A DNA stretch of 64,000 nucleotides from Patescibacteria group bacterium (GCA_041651095.1 JBAZJV010000003.1:80293-144292), one strand, 5' to 3'. Positions 44,146 to 53,155 are shown, counted from the stretch's first letter. The notes: generated from the letters alone by a model not told the origin. Numbers and translations: made by a program.

Positions 44146-44216
44146 CTCGGGGACAGGGATTCGAACCCCGATAAACAGGACCAGAACCTGTTGTCCTACC
44201 GTTAGACGATCCCCGA
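44146..44216 (-). tRNA. tRNA-Gln (anticodon CUG)
   Basis: Hand-folded cloverleaf: acceptor UCGGGGA/UCCCCGA (U1-A72); D arm GUCU-AACGGUA-GGAC; anticodon arm ACAGG-UUCUGGU-CCUGU; T arm CGGGG-UUCGAAU-CCCUG; discriminator G. CCA is not encoded. Confidence 0.9.
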
Positions 44217-44273
44217 AATCTCTGGCGTAATCACTTTAATATTTTTTAATATTTTTTTCAAGACCAGGCGAAC

Positions 44274-45758
44274 CTAATCCCTTCTTGGCCTCATCAGCGG
44301 GAAAATTTGGCACTCTCGCGCGGTCTTATCCATCAAGAAACTGAACAGCCGTTCGCTGAAGCCAAAGCCGCAGGTTGGCGGCATGCCGTGTTCCAGAGCT
44401 TCTACGAAATCGCGATCGTGCGGCTGAGCCTCTTCGTCGCCGGCCTCTTTCAGGCGCTGCTGCTCCTGGAAACGCTCTTCCTGATCCACGGGGTTATTCA
44501 ATTCACTGTACCCATTGCCATTTTCCGAACCGGCCAAGATGACCTGAAAGCGCTGGGCCAAATCCGGATTCTGCTCATCCCGCTTGGCTAAAGGCGAAAT
44601 AGTAATCGGCGTGCCGACCAGGAAGCCTGGACCGGCGATCTGCTTGCGGCAATACTTCCAAAGATTATCCATCGCCCGAGTAATATTGAAGCCTTTTTGG
44701 TCGTAATCAATTTTCAACTCCTTGAGCTTTTTGACCATCTCGGCTTCACTGGCCGTCAAGACATCCAAGCCGGTCAGCTTTTTTACCGTTTCCCGATAAT
44801 CATACTTTTCCCATTTCTGGCCGAGGTCGATATCAAAACCTTTGATCTTGAATTTCAAGGTGCCGAAAGTTTCCTGAGCGATATGTTTATACATTTCTTC
44901 CACCAGTGCCATACCCATTTCATAGTCGGCATAACCCCAATAAAATTCCATCTGGGTGTAGTCCTGCAGGTGCTCGGCGTCCATGCCCTCATTCCTAAAC
45001 TGGCGGCCGATCTCGAAAGTCTTGTCCAAGCCGGCGACCATCAGTTTCTTCTGCCACAGCTCGCCCATGGAAATGCGCAAGAAAACTTCGATATCCAAAG
45101 CGTTGTGATGAGTCTTGAACGGCTTGGCGTCGGCGCCGCCGGCCATGGTTTCCAGTACCGGCGTTTCTACTTCGATGAAGCCGCGCTGCAACAGGAAATC
45201 GCGCGTCGCCTGCCAGAACTTGGCCCGTTTCATCACCATTTCCTTGGTCTCCGCATTCAAGAGAATATCCAGATAACGTTTCCGGAACAGTTCGTCTTCA
45301 TCTTTCAGGCCGTACCAGGCGTCGGGAATCGGCCGGATCGCCTTGGATAGTAATTTCCACTCTTTGACCATCACGCTCTTTTCGCCTTTATGGGTCAGGA
45401 AGCAAACGCCCTTGGCTTGAAGAAAATCGGCCGTATCGATAAATTTTAGGAAATCCTTGTAGGCGTCTCCTCCCAGATCTTTTTTGGAAAAAGCCAGCTG
45501 GATGCGGCCCGAGGCGTCCTCCAGATCGGCGAAGGCCAGATTGCCGTGTTCCCGCTTGGAGCGCAGTCGGCCGGCCAAAACGACCGTTTCCTGCCGTTCA
45601 ACTAAACGGTCAAAATCTTTCAAAACAACGCTTACCGATCGGTCGCGTTCGGTCTTGGCCGGATACGGATTGACGCCAGCCTTAAACAAAGCCGTCAGCT
45701 TGTTCAGGCGGTCCTGCCGTTCGCTGGCCGAGGATTTTTCCAGATTAGTCTCGGACAT
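44274..45758 (-). CDS. lysS: lysine--tRNA ligase (class II)
   Basis: OB anticodon-binding N-domain. Class II motifs FRNEG, ...ELNNP..Q..RF, GFGFSERL. Confidence 0.93.
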   Translation of the reverse strand: MSETNLEKSSASERQDRLNKLTALFKAGVNPYPAKTERDRSVSVVLKDFDRLVERQETVVLAGRLRSKREHGNLAFADLEDASGRIQLAFSKKDLGGDAYKDFLKFIDTADFLQAKGVCFLTHKGEKSVMVKEWKLLSKAIRPIPDAWYGLKDEDELFRKRYLDILLNAETKEMVMKRAKFWQATRDFLLQRGFIEVETPVLETMAGGADAKPFKTHHNALDIEVFLRISMGELWQKKLMVAGLDKTFEIGRQFRNEGMDAEHLQDYTQMEFYWGYADYEMGMALVEEMYKHIAQETFGTLKFKIKGFDIDLGQKWEKYDYRETVKKLTGLDVLTASEAEMVKKLKELKIDYDQKGFNITRAMDNLWKYCRKQIAGPGFLVGTPITISPLAKRDEQNPDLAQRFQVILAGSENGNGYSELNNPVDQEERFQEQQRLKEAGDEEAQPHDRDFVEALEHGMPPTCGFGFSERLFSFLMDKTARECQIFPLMRPRRD

Positions 45759-45768
45759 ATGTTTGCTG

Positions 45769-46227
45769 TTATTCTATCTTGATGATCTTATATTTGACAG
45801 GACCCCTCGGCGTCTCCACCTCCACCTGGTCGCCTTTATGCTTTTCCAGGAAAGCGACGCCGAGTGGCGATTCATTGGAAATCTTGCCATCCGCCGGATC
45901 AGCCTCATTGAAACTGACTATAGTGTATTGGTGTTCGCCGGTAGCCGATTTAACGGTCACCCGCGAACCCATGGTCACCTTATCATTAGAATGGCTGGCT
46001 TCGACCACGGTCACGTTCTTCAGGGTATTGGTCAATTCTAAAATACGCCCCTCGTTTAAGGCCTGGGCGTCTTTGGCTTCGCTATATTCGGCGTTCTCGC
46101 TTAGATCGCCTAATTCTTTAGCGCGCTCTATGCGGTCGGCGATTTCCCGCCGCCGGGTGGTCATCAGTAAATTTAATTCATCTTTCAGTTTATCATACCC
46201 CTCTTGGGAAATGATCTGCTCATTCAT
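45769..46227 (-). CDS. greA: transcription elongation factor GreA
   Basis: Coiled-coil region with DLSENAEYSEAKD and a C-terminal FKBP-like domain. Confidence 0.9.
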   Translation of the reverse strand: MNEQIISQEGYDKLKDELNLLMTTRRREIADRIERAKELGDLSENAEYSEAKDAQALNEGRILELTNTLKNVTVVEASHSNDKVTMGSRVTVKSATGEHQYTIVSFNEADPADGKISNESPLGVAFLEKHKGDQVEVETPRGPVKYKIIKIE

Positions 46228-46255
46228 ATTTTTCTAGACTAAGAATAATGTAGGT

Positions 46256-47812
46256 TTAATATACTCTATTTGACCAGATTAGACAAGAGCTTAGCAGGAT
46301 GAAACCGATACCCAAGGGATGATTGAGATAGGGGGTGAAAACATGGGTAAGCGCCAGAAAAAACAGACCGGCGGCCAGAGCCGGATAAAGCGCGGTCTCT
46401 TCCGGCTGTCGCAGCGCCGCTAAGACCAATCGGCCCAATAGCCAAAGATAGGCCAGCAAGCCGAGCAGACCTAATTTCAGCCAGAGGTCCAGGTAGCCCC
46501 ATTCGAAGGCATAAGTCGTATATTCGCCGCTCGGATTCTTCTCTAAGAGGCGCGGATCGCGAGAAAGGTAAGTGACGGTGGCGCCATAACCCTGCCCCAG
46601 GAAAGGCTCGCGATTTATTTCTTGCCACAACACGGGTAACAGCGACCAGCGGGAAGCCACGGCCGCTTCCCCGCTGCCGGCGCTCACCCGAGCCAGAAAA
46701 TTGCTGCTAAAATCCGAAGACGGCCGTTGGATATAGGGGAAAGCGACTACGAGATAGATCAGGGCGAAGCTAAGCGCGGCAGACACGACCAGCCAGATGG
46801 CGGCCGAGAGCATCTTGCCAAATGATTGCCGTCGCCAGAGCGCCAACAAACTAAGCGAAACCGCCGCGACTAAAGCCACCCAGAAACTCCGGGAAAAACT
46901 GATCAGAATAGCGGACAGGAAGCAGGCTGATAATAACCAGGCCGATAAGTTGCGCTGCCGATAAAAATCCCGGAATCTGAGCTTGAGGTTCTGCTGCCAA
47001 AAGACGGCCAGGAAAGCAATGGCGGAATAAATCTGTCCCTGGATGAAAACCCGCGGCCAGCCGGTCTTGGTCGGCGTCATTTCGCCGGACAAGGTGCGGC
47101 GGAGCCAGGAATAGATTTCCGGCGACCAAGCTGAATTATGAGTAAAGACGAAGAGCAATAATAAAGTCTTGGCGCTCAGCCAAATCGCGGCCGCCAAAAA
47201 CAGGCTCTGCAGGCGGCTGATTTTAGCTGGCGCCCCGTCGCCATAAACAACCACGAGCGGCCACAGGAAAAAGAAATAGAGCCAAGCGTTGAAATCGGCA
47301 AAGATCGCGACCGGGCTATGGCCGCGCCACCAGCCGTTCAGCAGACCGAACAGAACGAATATCAGGAGGAGGCTAAAATATTTCCGACCGGAGAAATTTG
47401 ACCAAGCGAGCCAATAGGGCGACCGCTTCCCGGTTTTGATCAATTGGCCCGCCAGTCGGACCAGAAAAACCGCCATAACCGCGGCCCAGAGCAAAATCCG
47501 AACCGGCAGCTGAAAACCGCAGATTTCAAGATAGAACAAGTGCCCCATCGAGCCGATGAATAATTCGCCCAGCACCAGGACTACGCCGTATTCCAAGGCA
47601 TAGATCGTCAAGAATACCGCGGCGACCGCCAAAACCGCGGCTAGAACCTGGTTCAGCGCCGGAACCATAAAACCGGTGAAGGATAAGGCTTCAACCAGGG
47701 CGAAGATTGCCAAGGCGGCATAAATCTGGAGCTTATTTAATTTGATCATAATTATCTCCAATGCTAACCCGGTCTCCGACCTGAAAACCGTGTTGTTCGG
47801 CGTAACCGGCAT
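46256..47812 (-). CDS. O-antigen ligase/Wzy_C-like polytopic membrane protein
   Basis: More than 10 TM helices and a large loop with an RS.W-type motif (SFSRSFWVALV). The true start may be MIKLNK at 47749. Confidence 0.65.
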   Translation of the reverse strand: MPVTPNNTVFRSETGLALEIIMIKLNKLQIYAALAIFALVEALSFTGFMVPALNQVLAAVLAVAAVFLTIYALEYGVVLVLGELFIGSMGHLFYLEICGFQLPVRILLWAAVMAVFLVRLAGQLIKTGKRSPYWLAWSNFSGRKYFSLLLIFVLFGLLNGWWRGHSPVAIFADFNAWLYFFFLWPLVVVYGDGAPAKISRLQSLFLAAAIWLSAKTLLLLFVFTHNSAWSPEIYSWLRRTLSGEMTPTKTGWPRVFIQGQIYSAIAFLAVFWQQNLKLRFRDFYRQRNLSAWLLSACFLSAILISFSRSFWVALVAAVSLSLLALWRRQSFGKMLSAAIWLVVSAALSFALIYLVVAFPYIQRPSSDFSSNFLARVSAGSGEAAVASRWSLLPVLWQEINREPFLGQGYGATVTYLSRDPRLLEKNPSGEYTTYAFEWGYLDLWLKLGLLGLLAYLWLLGRLVLAALRQPEETALYPALAAGLFFLALTHVFTPYLNHPLGIGFILLSSCLIWSNRVY

Positions 47813-48224
47813 TTAGTTCCAAAACTTGGTCGGCCGGACCGGCGCTGGTATAAAGCCGCCTGGGCCGGTCTCCTTCCGGCGGCAGATTAGCGGCAATCTT
47901 GCTGATCCGGCCCTGATTGATAAAAACAATATCCAGGGGAAAAGACATTTGCCGCATGACAAAAACTCGCTCGGCGGAATCGGCGAAAACGAAAAGCAGG
48001 CCGCTATCCGCCGCCAGGCTGCTCCGGCCGCTGAGCCCGTGATAAAGTTCCGCCGGCGAAGCAGCGATCTCAACCTCTATTCTCTGCCCATTTATAAGCA
48101 CCGCGGCGCGCGGCAAGGCGGGCTTTTCCCAGGTGAGCGCCAACAGGGCTAAAACAACTCCCGCCAGGACCAAGGCCGGAATCAAAACGATGAATCGGAA
48201 ACTGGATTTTTTAACTGAGCCCAT
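47733..48224 (-). CDS. DUF192-family protein (membrane-anchored)
   Basis: GLSGR..L....G.LFVF......FVMRQMSFPLDIVFI, the pattern typical of DUF192. Confidence 0.65.
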   Translation of the reverse strand: MGSVKKSSFRFIVLIPALVLAGVVLALLALTWEKPALPRAAVLINGQRIEVEIAASPAELYHGLSGRSSLAADSGLLFVFADSAERVFVMRQMSFPLDIVFINQGRISKIAANLPPEGDRPRRLYTSAGPADQVLELNAGYAEQHGFQVGDRVSIGDNYDQIK

Positions 48225-48912
48225 GTTTTTTCTTGATTATCTTGACCGCGGCGTTATATTTCTTTACCGCCGGCAAGAAAGGCAATAATTTATAGGCGAA
48301 GGCGGGCAGCCAGGAGCTGTAAACACCGCCCGGCGCGACAGTAAATAAGACCTGGCCGGCCCAATAACCGACTTTGCCTTGCGCCAGCATGGTCAGCCAC
48401 AGGTCCCAGTCTTGCAGTTTCTTGATTTCCGGATCCCAACCGGCGGGCGGAAAATCCGCACGGCGGATCAAGGCCATCGTATGGATGTAGGGCATCTTCT
48501 TCAGTTTTTCCGGATCAAAGTCGCCAACCTTGAATAGTTTGCGCCCCCAATAAAAAGAGGGGTAGATATAACTCGCTTGCGGATTCTGGCCCAATAAGCC
48601 GGCCATGACCGCCAAGGCTTCCGGCTTGAGCACGGCGTCGGCGTCACAGAAAAACAGGTATTCGCCGCGAGCCTGCGCGTAGCCGCGGTTACGCGCCGCC
48701 GGCGCTCCCTGCTGTTCCTGGTTGATGAACAAATAATGATGGCTGGTCGATAATTTCTGGTAATAGGCCGCAAAGGCTTTTTCCACGTCGTCCGTGGACC
48801 CGTCATTGACGATGATTAATTCGTAATCCGCATAAGTCTGGGCCTCGATGCTGGCTAAGGTCTTGAGCAGCTTATCGGCCTGGTTATAAACTGGAATGAT
48901 GATAGAAATCAT
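48211..48912 (-). CDS. glycosyltransferase family 2
   Basis: ISIIIPVYNQ...IIVNDGSTD...FCDADA (DxD). Confidence 0.85.
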   Translation of the reverse strand: MISIIIPVYNQADKLLKTLASIEAQTYADYELIIVNDGSTDDVEKAFAAYYQKLSTSHHYLFINQEQQGAPAARNRGYAQARGEYLFFCDADAVLKPEALAVMAGLLGQNPQASYIYPSFYWGRKLFKVGDFDPEKLKKMPYIHTMALIRRADFPPAGWDPEIKKLQDWDLWLTMLAQGKVGYWAGQVLFTVAPGGVYSSWLPAFAYKLLPFLPAVKKYNAAVKIIKKKHGLS

Positions 48913-48921
48913 AAATTGAAC

Positions 48922-50007
48922 TTAAGTGCTAATGATTTTAAACAGCTTGGCCGCCTGGTTTTCCCAATTGAAATCCTGAATAGCGCGCCGGCGTCCTTGT
49001 TCGCCCAATCTTTCCCGCCATTCCGGATTGCCGGCCAATTGCTCGATGGCGGAGCGGATCTGGGCGTTATCTTCGGGATCGACCAGGAGGCCGGTATAAG
49101 AATCAACGACCGCGTCAGCGACGCCGCCGGCGCGGCCGGCAATGACCGGTTTCCCGCTCAGATTCGCTTCCAGATAGACGATGCCGAAGCCTTCAAAATC
49201 GCCGGCGATTTCCCGGGCCGGCATGATGAAAATATCGCAGAGCTTGAGCCAGTCCCATTTTTCTTTTTCCGTCAGGGCGCCGAGAAAAATTACTCGGTTG
49301 GCCAAATGGTGCGGCACCAGGCGCTGCAGGTATTCTTTTTGCGGACCGCTGCCGCCGATAAAATAAACCAGATTGTCGATCAAGGGGGGCGGAATCTGCG
49401 TCAGGGTCTTGATTACCTGGTCCACGCCTTTCCGGAGCACTAGCCGGCCGAGGCTGAATAGCACGGTCTTGCCGGCCAACTGGTAGGTGTTCTGCAGTTC
49501 CAGCAGATCGGCCGGATTAGCCAGGGGGGCGCCAGCCGGTACGCCTGGGTTGACTACCGCCGTCTTGCCTGCCAGAGCCGGATAGAATTCCGCGGCTTTC
49601 TGCGCCACGTAAGAGTTGGCGCAAATCACTTTATCCGCCCGGCCCAGGATCCGGCCGGCCAGCCATCTTTTCCAGGCCGACCGGCGAGCCAGGCTGAGAT
49701 CCAATCCATGCAAGAAAATCCCATATTTAAAAGACTGGAACCAGGACAAGAGCCAGGCCGCGGTGCCTAAGGGCAGAATCTGCCCGACAAGCACGTAATC
49801 TATCTGGCTCTTGATGATTTTCCGCCTCAATTGTCCGATGGCCGGCTGCCAGGTAAAAAAGCCGCGGCCGCTCATCAGGGCGCCGCTATTATTATCCAAG
49901 ATTGCCAATTGCTCGCCTAAGGGCCAATAATTAGCCAGGTGGCCGTAATAGTTGGCAATGCCGCCTTTAAAGGGCGGAAATTCTAATGTGAAAAGCAGGG
50001 TTTTCAT
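48922..50007 (-). CDS. glycosyltransferase family 4 (GT-B, GT1-like)
   Basis: C-terminal E(x7)E region FEGFGIVYLEANLSGKPVIA. Confidence 0.85.
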   Translation of the reverse strand: MKTLLFTLEFPPFKGGIANYYGHLANYWPLGEQLAILDNNSGALMSGRGFFTWQPAIGQLRRKIIKSQIDYVLVGQILPLGTAAWLLSWFQSFKYGIFLHGLDLSLARRSAWKRWLAGRILGRADKVICANSYVAQKAAEFYPALAGKTAVVNPGVPAGAPLANPADLLELQNTYQLAGKTVLFSLGRLVLRKGVDQVIKTLTQIPPPLIDNLVYFIGGSGPQKEYLQRLVPHHLANRVIFLGALTEKEKWDWLKLCDIFIMPAREIAGDFEGFGIVYLEANLSGKPVIAGRAGGVADAVVDSYTGLLVDPEDNAQIRSAIEQLAGNPEWRERLGEQGRRRAIQDFNWENQAAKLFKIIST

Positions 50008-51461
50008 ATTTCATCAAGCGCCTTTTCCGCCCGCCTGAACGAATGATAAATACTGATGACGTCTTCCCGGCGGAAGCCGCCCAGCCAGAACAAGAAAAGA
50101 AAGTACAGCAATCCGCCCAGGCCGGTCAACAGGAAGATATTCAGATAAGCCTTGCCGCTAAAAATTATTATACCCATAATCAGCGAGGATAAGAAGACCC
50201 GACCGAACATCAGGAGATTCTGCTTGGCCCGGTAAACGATGATCCGCCTGACCGCCGATAAACCGAGGACAAACATCAGCCCGCTGGTGATAAGAACGGT
50301 TACGCTGGCGCCGACTGCCTGCCAGCGCGGGATAAGCAGCAAGTTCAGTATGACGCTAAGCGTCGCTACGATCGCGATATTGCGGGTATTCTTACGCTGG
50401 GCGTCGCAGGCGTTCAAGAGCGAGCCGATCGGAAAATTAACGAAGACGAACAACAGGGCGATGATGGAAATGCGCAGCGGCCAGATCGCACCGAGATAGC
50501 CGCTCTTGAACAAGAGAACGATCTTATCGGACAAGACAATCGCGCCGACGATGATCGGCAGCGAAATGATAATCAGATAATTCAAGGCCCGTTCGAAAGA
50601 AACAGCCAGTTGTTCGCGATTGCTGTGCCAATAAGCGCTCATCGCCGGATACAGCGAGGCCGTAAAAGCCATGGGCAGGAATTGCAGGGCGAAGATTATC
50701 TTAAAAGCGATCTGATAAAGGCCGACCTGGGCATCGCCGGCCAGAACCGACAAGAGCACTGAATCCAGATAAGTATAAAGGTTCTGGCAAATGGCATAAG
50801 CACCGAAAGGCCAGCTGATCATTAAGATCTCCTTTAAAAAAGATTTTTCCCAGAGCGCGCGGATCTTTATTTTCAACCGGTATCTGACGATGCTCCCGGA
50901 GAAAAGGAAATTATAAACGCTGGCTAAGGCTAAAGCGCTCATCGCCAGAAGCAGGCTGCCGTGCAGCAATAAAGCGCCGTAACCGAACAAGAGGACGATC
51001 AGCTGATAAATCACCGAGGAAATGCTTTCGTATTTCAGAGTATGGAAACCGCGGGCGACCGCGAAAAAAGTGCTGGTAAAGGAGTCTAAAACCATGGAAA
51101 CGGCCGAAACATAAACCAAGGAGCGGGTGAGCGAATCATAGCCCAGAGTATTTATTAGGATGAGGACGACTGCCAGGGCCAGCGCGGCCAGCGGAATCTT
51201 CAGGGCTAGGACGCTGCCCAGCCAGCGCGGGGCGGCCGATTGGTCCTTGGCTACTTCCCTGGTCAGCACGTTGGTCAGGCCGATATCGATGAAGATGGCG
51301 AACATGGAAGTGAAAGAAATGGCCAGATAGTACTTGCCCAGATTGGCCGGCCCGACATAGCGCGCGAGCAAGGTAAAATAGGTGAAAGAAATCACCTTCT
51401 GCATGATCAGGGCTAAGGTCAGATAGGAGGTATTCCTGGCGATATTGCCTATTTTATTCAT
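50004..51461 (-). CDS. oligosaccharide flippase (MOP/Wzx-type polysaccharide biosynthesis protein)
   Basis: About 14 TM helices with the N-terminal motif NTSYLTLALIMQKVISFTYFTLLARYVGPANLG. Confidence 0.8.
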   Translation of the reverse strand: MNKIGNIARNTSYLTLALIMQKVISFTYFTLLARYVGPANLGKYYLAISFTSMFAIFIDIGLTNVLTREVAKDQSAAPRWLGSVLALKIPLAALALAVVLILINTLGYDSLTRSLVYVSAVSMVLDSFTSTFFAVARGFHTLKYESISSVIYQLIVLLFGYGALLLHGSLLLAMSALALASVYNFLFSGSIVRYRLKIKIRALWEKSFLKEILMISWPFGAYAICQNLYTYLDSVLLSVLAGDAQVGLYQIAFKIIFALQFLPMAFTASLYPAMSAYWHSNREQLAVSFERALNYLIIISLPIIVGAIVLSDKIVLLFKSGYLGAIWPLRISIIALLFVFVNFPIGSLLNACDAQRKNTRNIAIVATLSVILNLLLIPRWQAVGASVTVLITSGLMFVLGLSAVRRIIVYRAKQNLLMFGRVFLSSLIMGIIIFSGKAYLNIFLLTGLGGLLYFLFLFWLGGFRREDVISIYHSFRRAEKALDEI

Positions 51462-51473
51462 AGCACCGGGCTC

Positions 51474-51502
51474 TTGATTAAATTTAAAACTTATGATAAT
51501 AT
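51474..51502 (+). promoter_or_regulatory. candidate rpmE promoter
   Basis: TTGATT-N17-TAATAT, about 85 nt upstream of the ATG. Confidence 0.35.
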
Positions 51503-51526
51503 CATATTACCATACCATATTATCAT
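51493..51526. promoter_or_regulatory. 10-bp perfect inverted repeat overlapping the candidate rpmE -10
   Basis: ATGATAATAT (51493-51502), 14-nt spacer, ATATTATCAT (51517-51526). Confidence 0.3.
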
Positions 51527-51587
51527 AAAATTATTATAAATAATAATCTAAATTTTATTTATAAGGGATAAAATTTTTTTTATAAGT

Positions 51588-51923
51588 ATGAAAACCGAGA
51601 CCCACCCTAAATATTACTCCAATTGCAAGGTAACCTGCGTCTGCGGGAACACTTTTTTAACCGGCTCCACCGAACCGGAACTTAAGGTTGAATTGTGCTC
51701 GGCCTGCCACCCCTTCTATACCGGCAAGCAGAAACTGGTCGACACGGCCCGCCGCGTTGAGAAATTTACCGCTAAGGTTAGCGCAAAAGAAAAGGTAGCT
51801 GGCGTCAAGAAGGGCAAAAAGGTGAAACGTGCCGCTCGAGCCGCTGTAAGAGCCAAAAAAGAAGTAGTCGTAAAGACCAAGGATTTGAAAAAAATCGCTC
51901 AGGTGAAATTGAATAAAAAATAG
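51588..51923 (+). CDS. rpmE: 50S ribosomal protein L31 (Zn-ribbon type) with a long Lys-rich C-terminal extension
   Basis: HPKYY...CVCGN...[13 protein letters not shown] core, then about 45 aa of K/A/V-rich tail. Confidence 0.85.
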   Translation: MKTETHPKYYSNCKVTCVCGNTFLTGSTEPELKVELCSACHPFYTGKQKLVDTARRVEKFTAKVSAKEKVAGVKKGKKVKRAARAAVRAKKEVVVKTKDLKKIAQVKLNKK

Positions 51924-51931
51924 CAATTGAC

Positions 51932-52004
51932 AAAGCAATCGGTTTTAGTTATTTTAACGCGCTTATGCTAGAATAACTAAAGAAAGACCGATTGCTTTTT
52001 GTTT
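51932..52004 (+). terminator. long bipartite hairpin plus T-run between rpmE and prfA
   Basis: AAGCAATCGGT + TTTAGTTATT pair with AATAACTAAA + (GAAAG bulge) + ACCGATTGCTT, followed by TTTTGTTT. Confidence 0.55.
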
Positions 52005-52040
52005 AGGGAATTTCCTGCCCCTACCTTATTTATAAGCTAT

Positions 52041-53105
52041 ATGTATCAAGAAATAAAAGACCGCTTCGCCGCTTTGGAAAACCGCCTTATGGATCCCAAG
52101 CTGGCCGGCGACCAGAAAGAATTAATCAAAATATCCCAGGAACACGCCGGTCTGAGAAAGACCATGGCTTTGATTTTAGAATTGGAAAAAATCGCCGAGC
52201 ATATCCGGCAGAACCAGGAAATCGTCGCCAGTGAAAAAGGCGAACTCCGAGAACTGGCCGAAGCGGAACTAACCGGACTATTGGCACAGGAAGAGAAATT
52301 AAAAGAAGCGCTGGAAGAAGAAATCCACCCGGCCAGCCCGAATGACAAAAAGAATGCCATCTTGGAAATCCGGGCCGGCACCGGCGGCGATGAAGCCGCG
52401 CTCTTTGCCGGCGACCTGTTCCGCATGTATTCCCGCTTCTGCGAACGCCGCGGCTGGAAGCTGGCGCTCATCGATTCCAACGTCATCGGTATCGGCGGCT
52501 ACAAGGAGATCATCTTTGAAGTGAAAGGCGAGGGCGCTTACGGCCTGCTGAAATTTGAAGCCGGTACGCATCGCGTCCAGCGAGTGCCGGAAACCGAGAA
52601 ACAAGGCCGGGTCCACACTTCCACGGCCACCGTGGTTGTCCTGCCGGAAGCGGAAGAAATCGATATCGAAATCAAGCCGAACGATGTCCGCATAGATACT
52701 TTCTGCTCCAGCGGACCGGGCGGCCAGAGCGTCAATACGACCTACTCGGCCGTGCGCCTGGTCCATGTCCCGACCGGCATCATGGTCAGCTCGCAAACCG
52801 AGCGCTCCCAGCATCAGAATAAGGAACGGGCTTTCCAGGTCCTGCGTTCCCGCTTATTAGCCCGGCAGGAAGAAGAACGGCGCCTGGCCAGCTCTAATGC
52901 CCACCAGACCCAGGTCGGCGCCGGCGACCGGGCCGACAAAGTCCGCACCTATAATTTCCCCCAGGACCGGGTCACCGATCACCGCATCAATACTTCCTGG
53001 CATAGCATCCTGCGTCTTATGGACGGCGAAATCGACGAGATTATCGGCGCTTTGAAGAAAGCGGCGAAAGAGGCGGAAGGGGTGGATAATCAAACAAGAA
53101 AATAA
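52041..53105 (+). CDS. prfA: peptide chain release factor 1
   Basis: GGQ loop SGPGGQSVNTT and the codon-recognition region RVQRVPETEKQGRVHTS. I use the start at MYQEIKDRF (52041), because the longer ORF start lies inside the upstream hairpin. Confidence 0.92.
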   Translation: MYQEIKDRFAALENRLMDPKLAGDQKELIKISQEHAGLRKTMALILELEKIAEHIRQNQEIVASEKGELRELAEAELTGLLAQEEKLKEALEEEIHPASPNDKKNAILEIRAGTGGDEAALFAGDLFRMYSRFCERRGWKLALIDSNVIGIGGYKEIIFEVKGEGAYGLLKFEAGTHRVQRVPETEKQGRVHTSTATVVVLPEAEEIDIEIKPNDVRIDTFCSSGPGGQSVNTTYSAVRLVHVPTGIMVSSQTERSQHQNKERAFQVLRSRLLARQEEERRLASSNAHQTQVGAGDRADKVRTYNFPQDRVTDHRINTSWHSILRLMDGEIDEIIGALKKAAKEAEGVDNQTRK

Positions 53106-53132
53106 AAAAGCCGCATTTATTTTTAGCGGCTT
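53101..53132 (-). terminator. hairpin terminator shared by prfA and the convergent small membrane-protein gene
   Basis: AAGCCGC / GCGGCTT stem; T-run on the minus strand. Confidence 0.5.
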
Positions 53133-53155
53133 CTAGAATCTCTCCTCTATCACCT

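Noticed and set aside
52570-52600. RF1 PET tripeptide as evidence of altered stop-codon recognition
   Set aside because: The middle position of the PxT motif is known to tolerate variation, and TAA, TAG and TGA stops all appear in the window. The sequence alone is insufficient to claim altered specificity.
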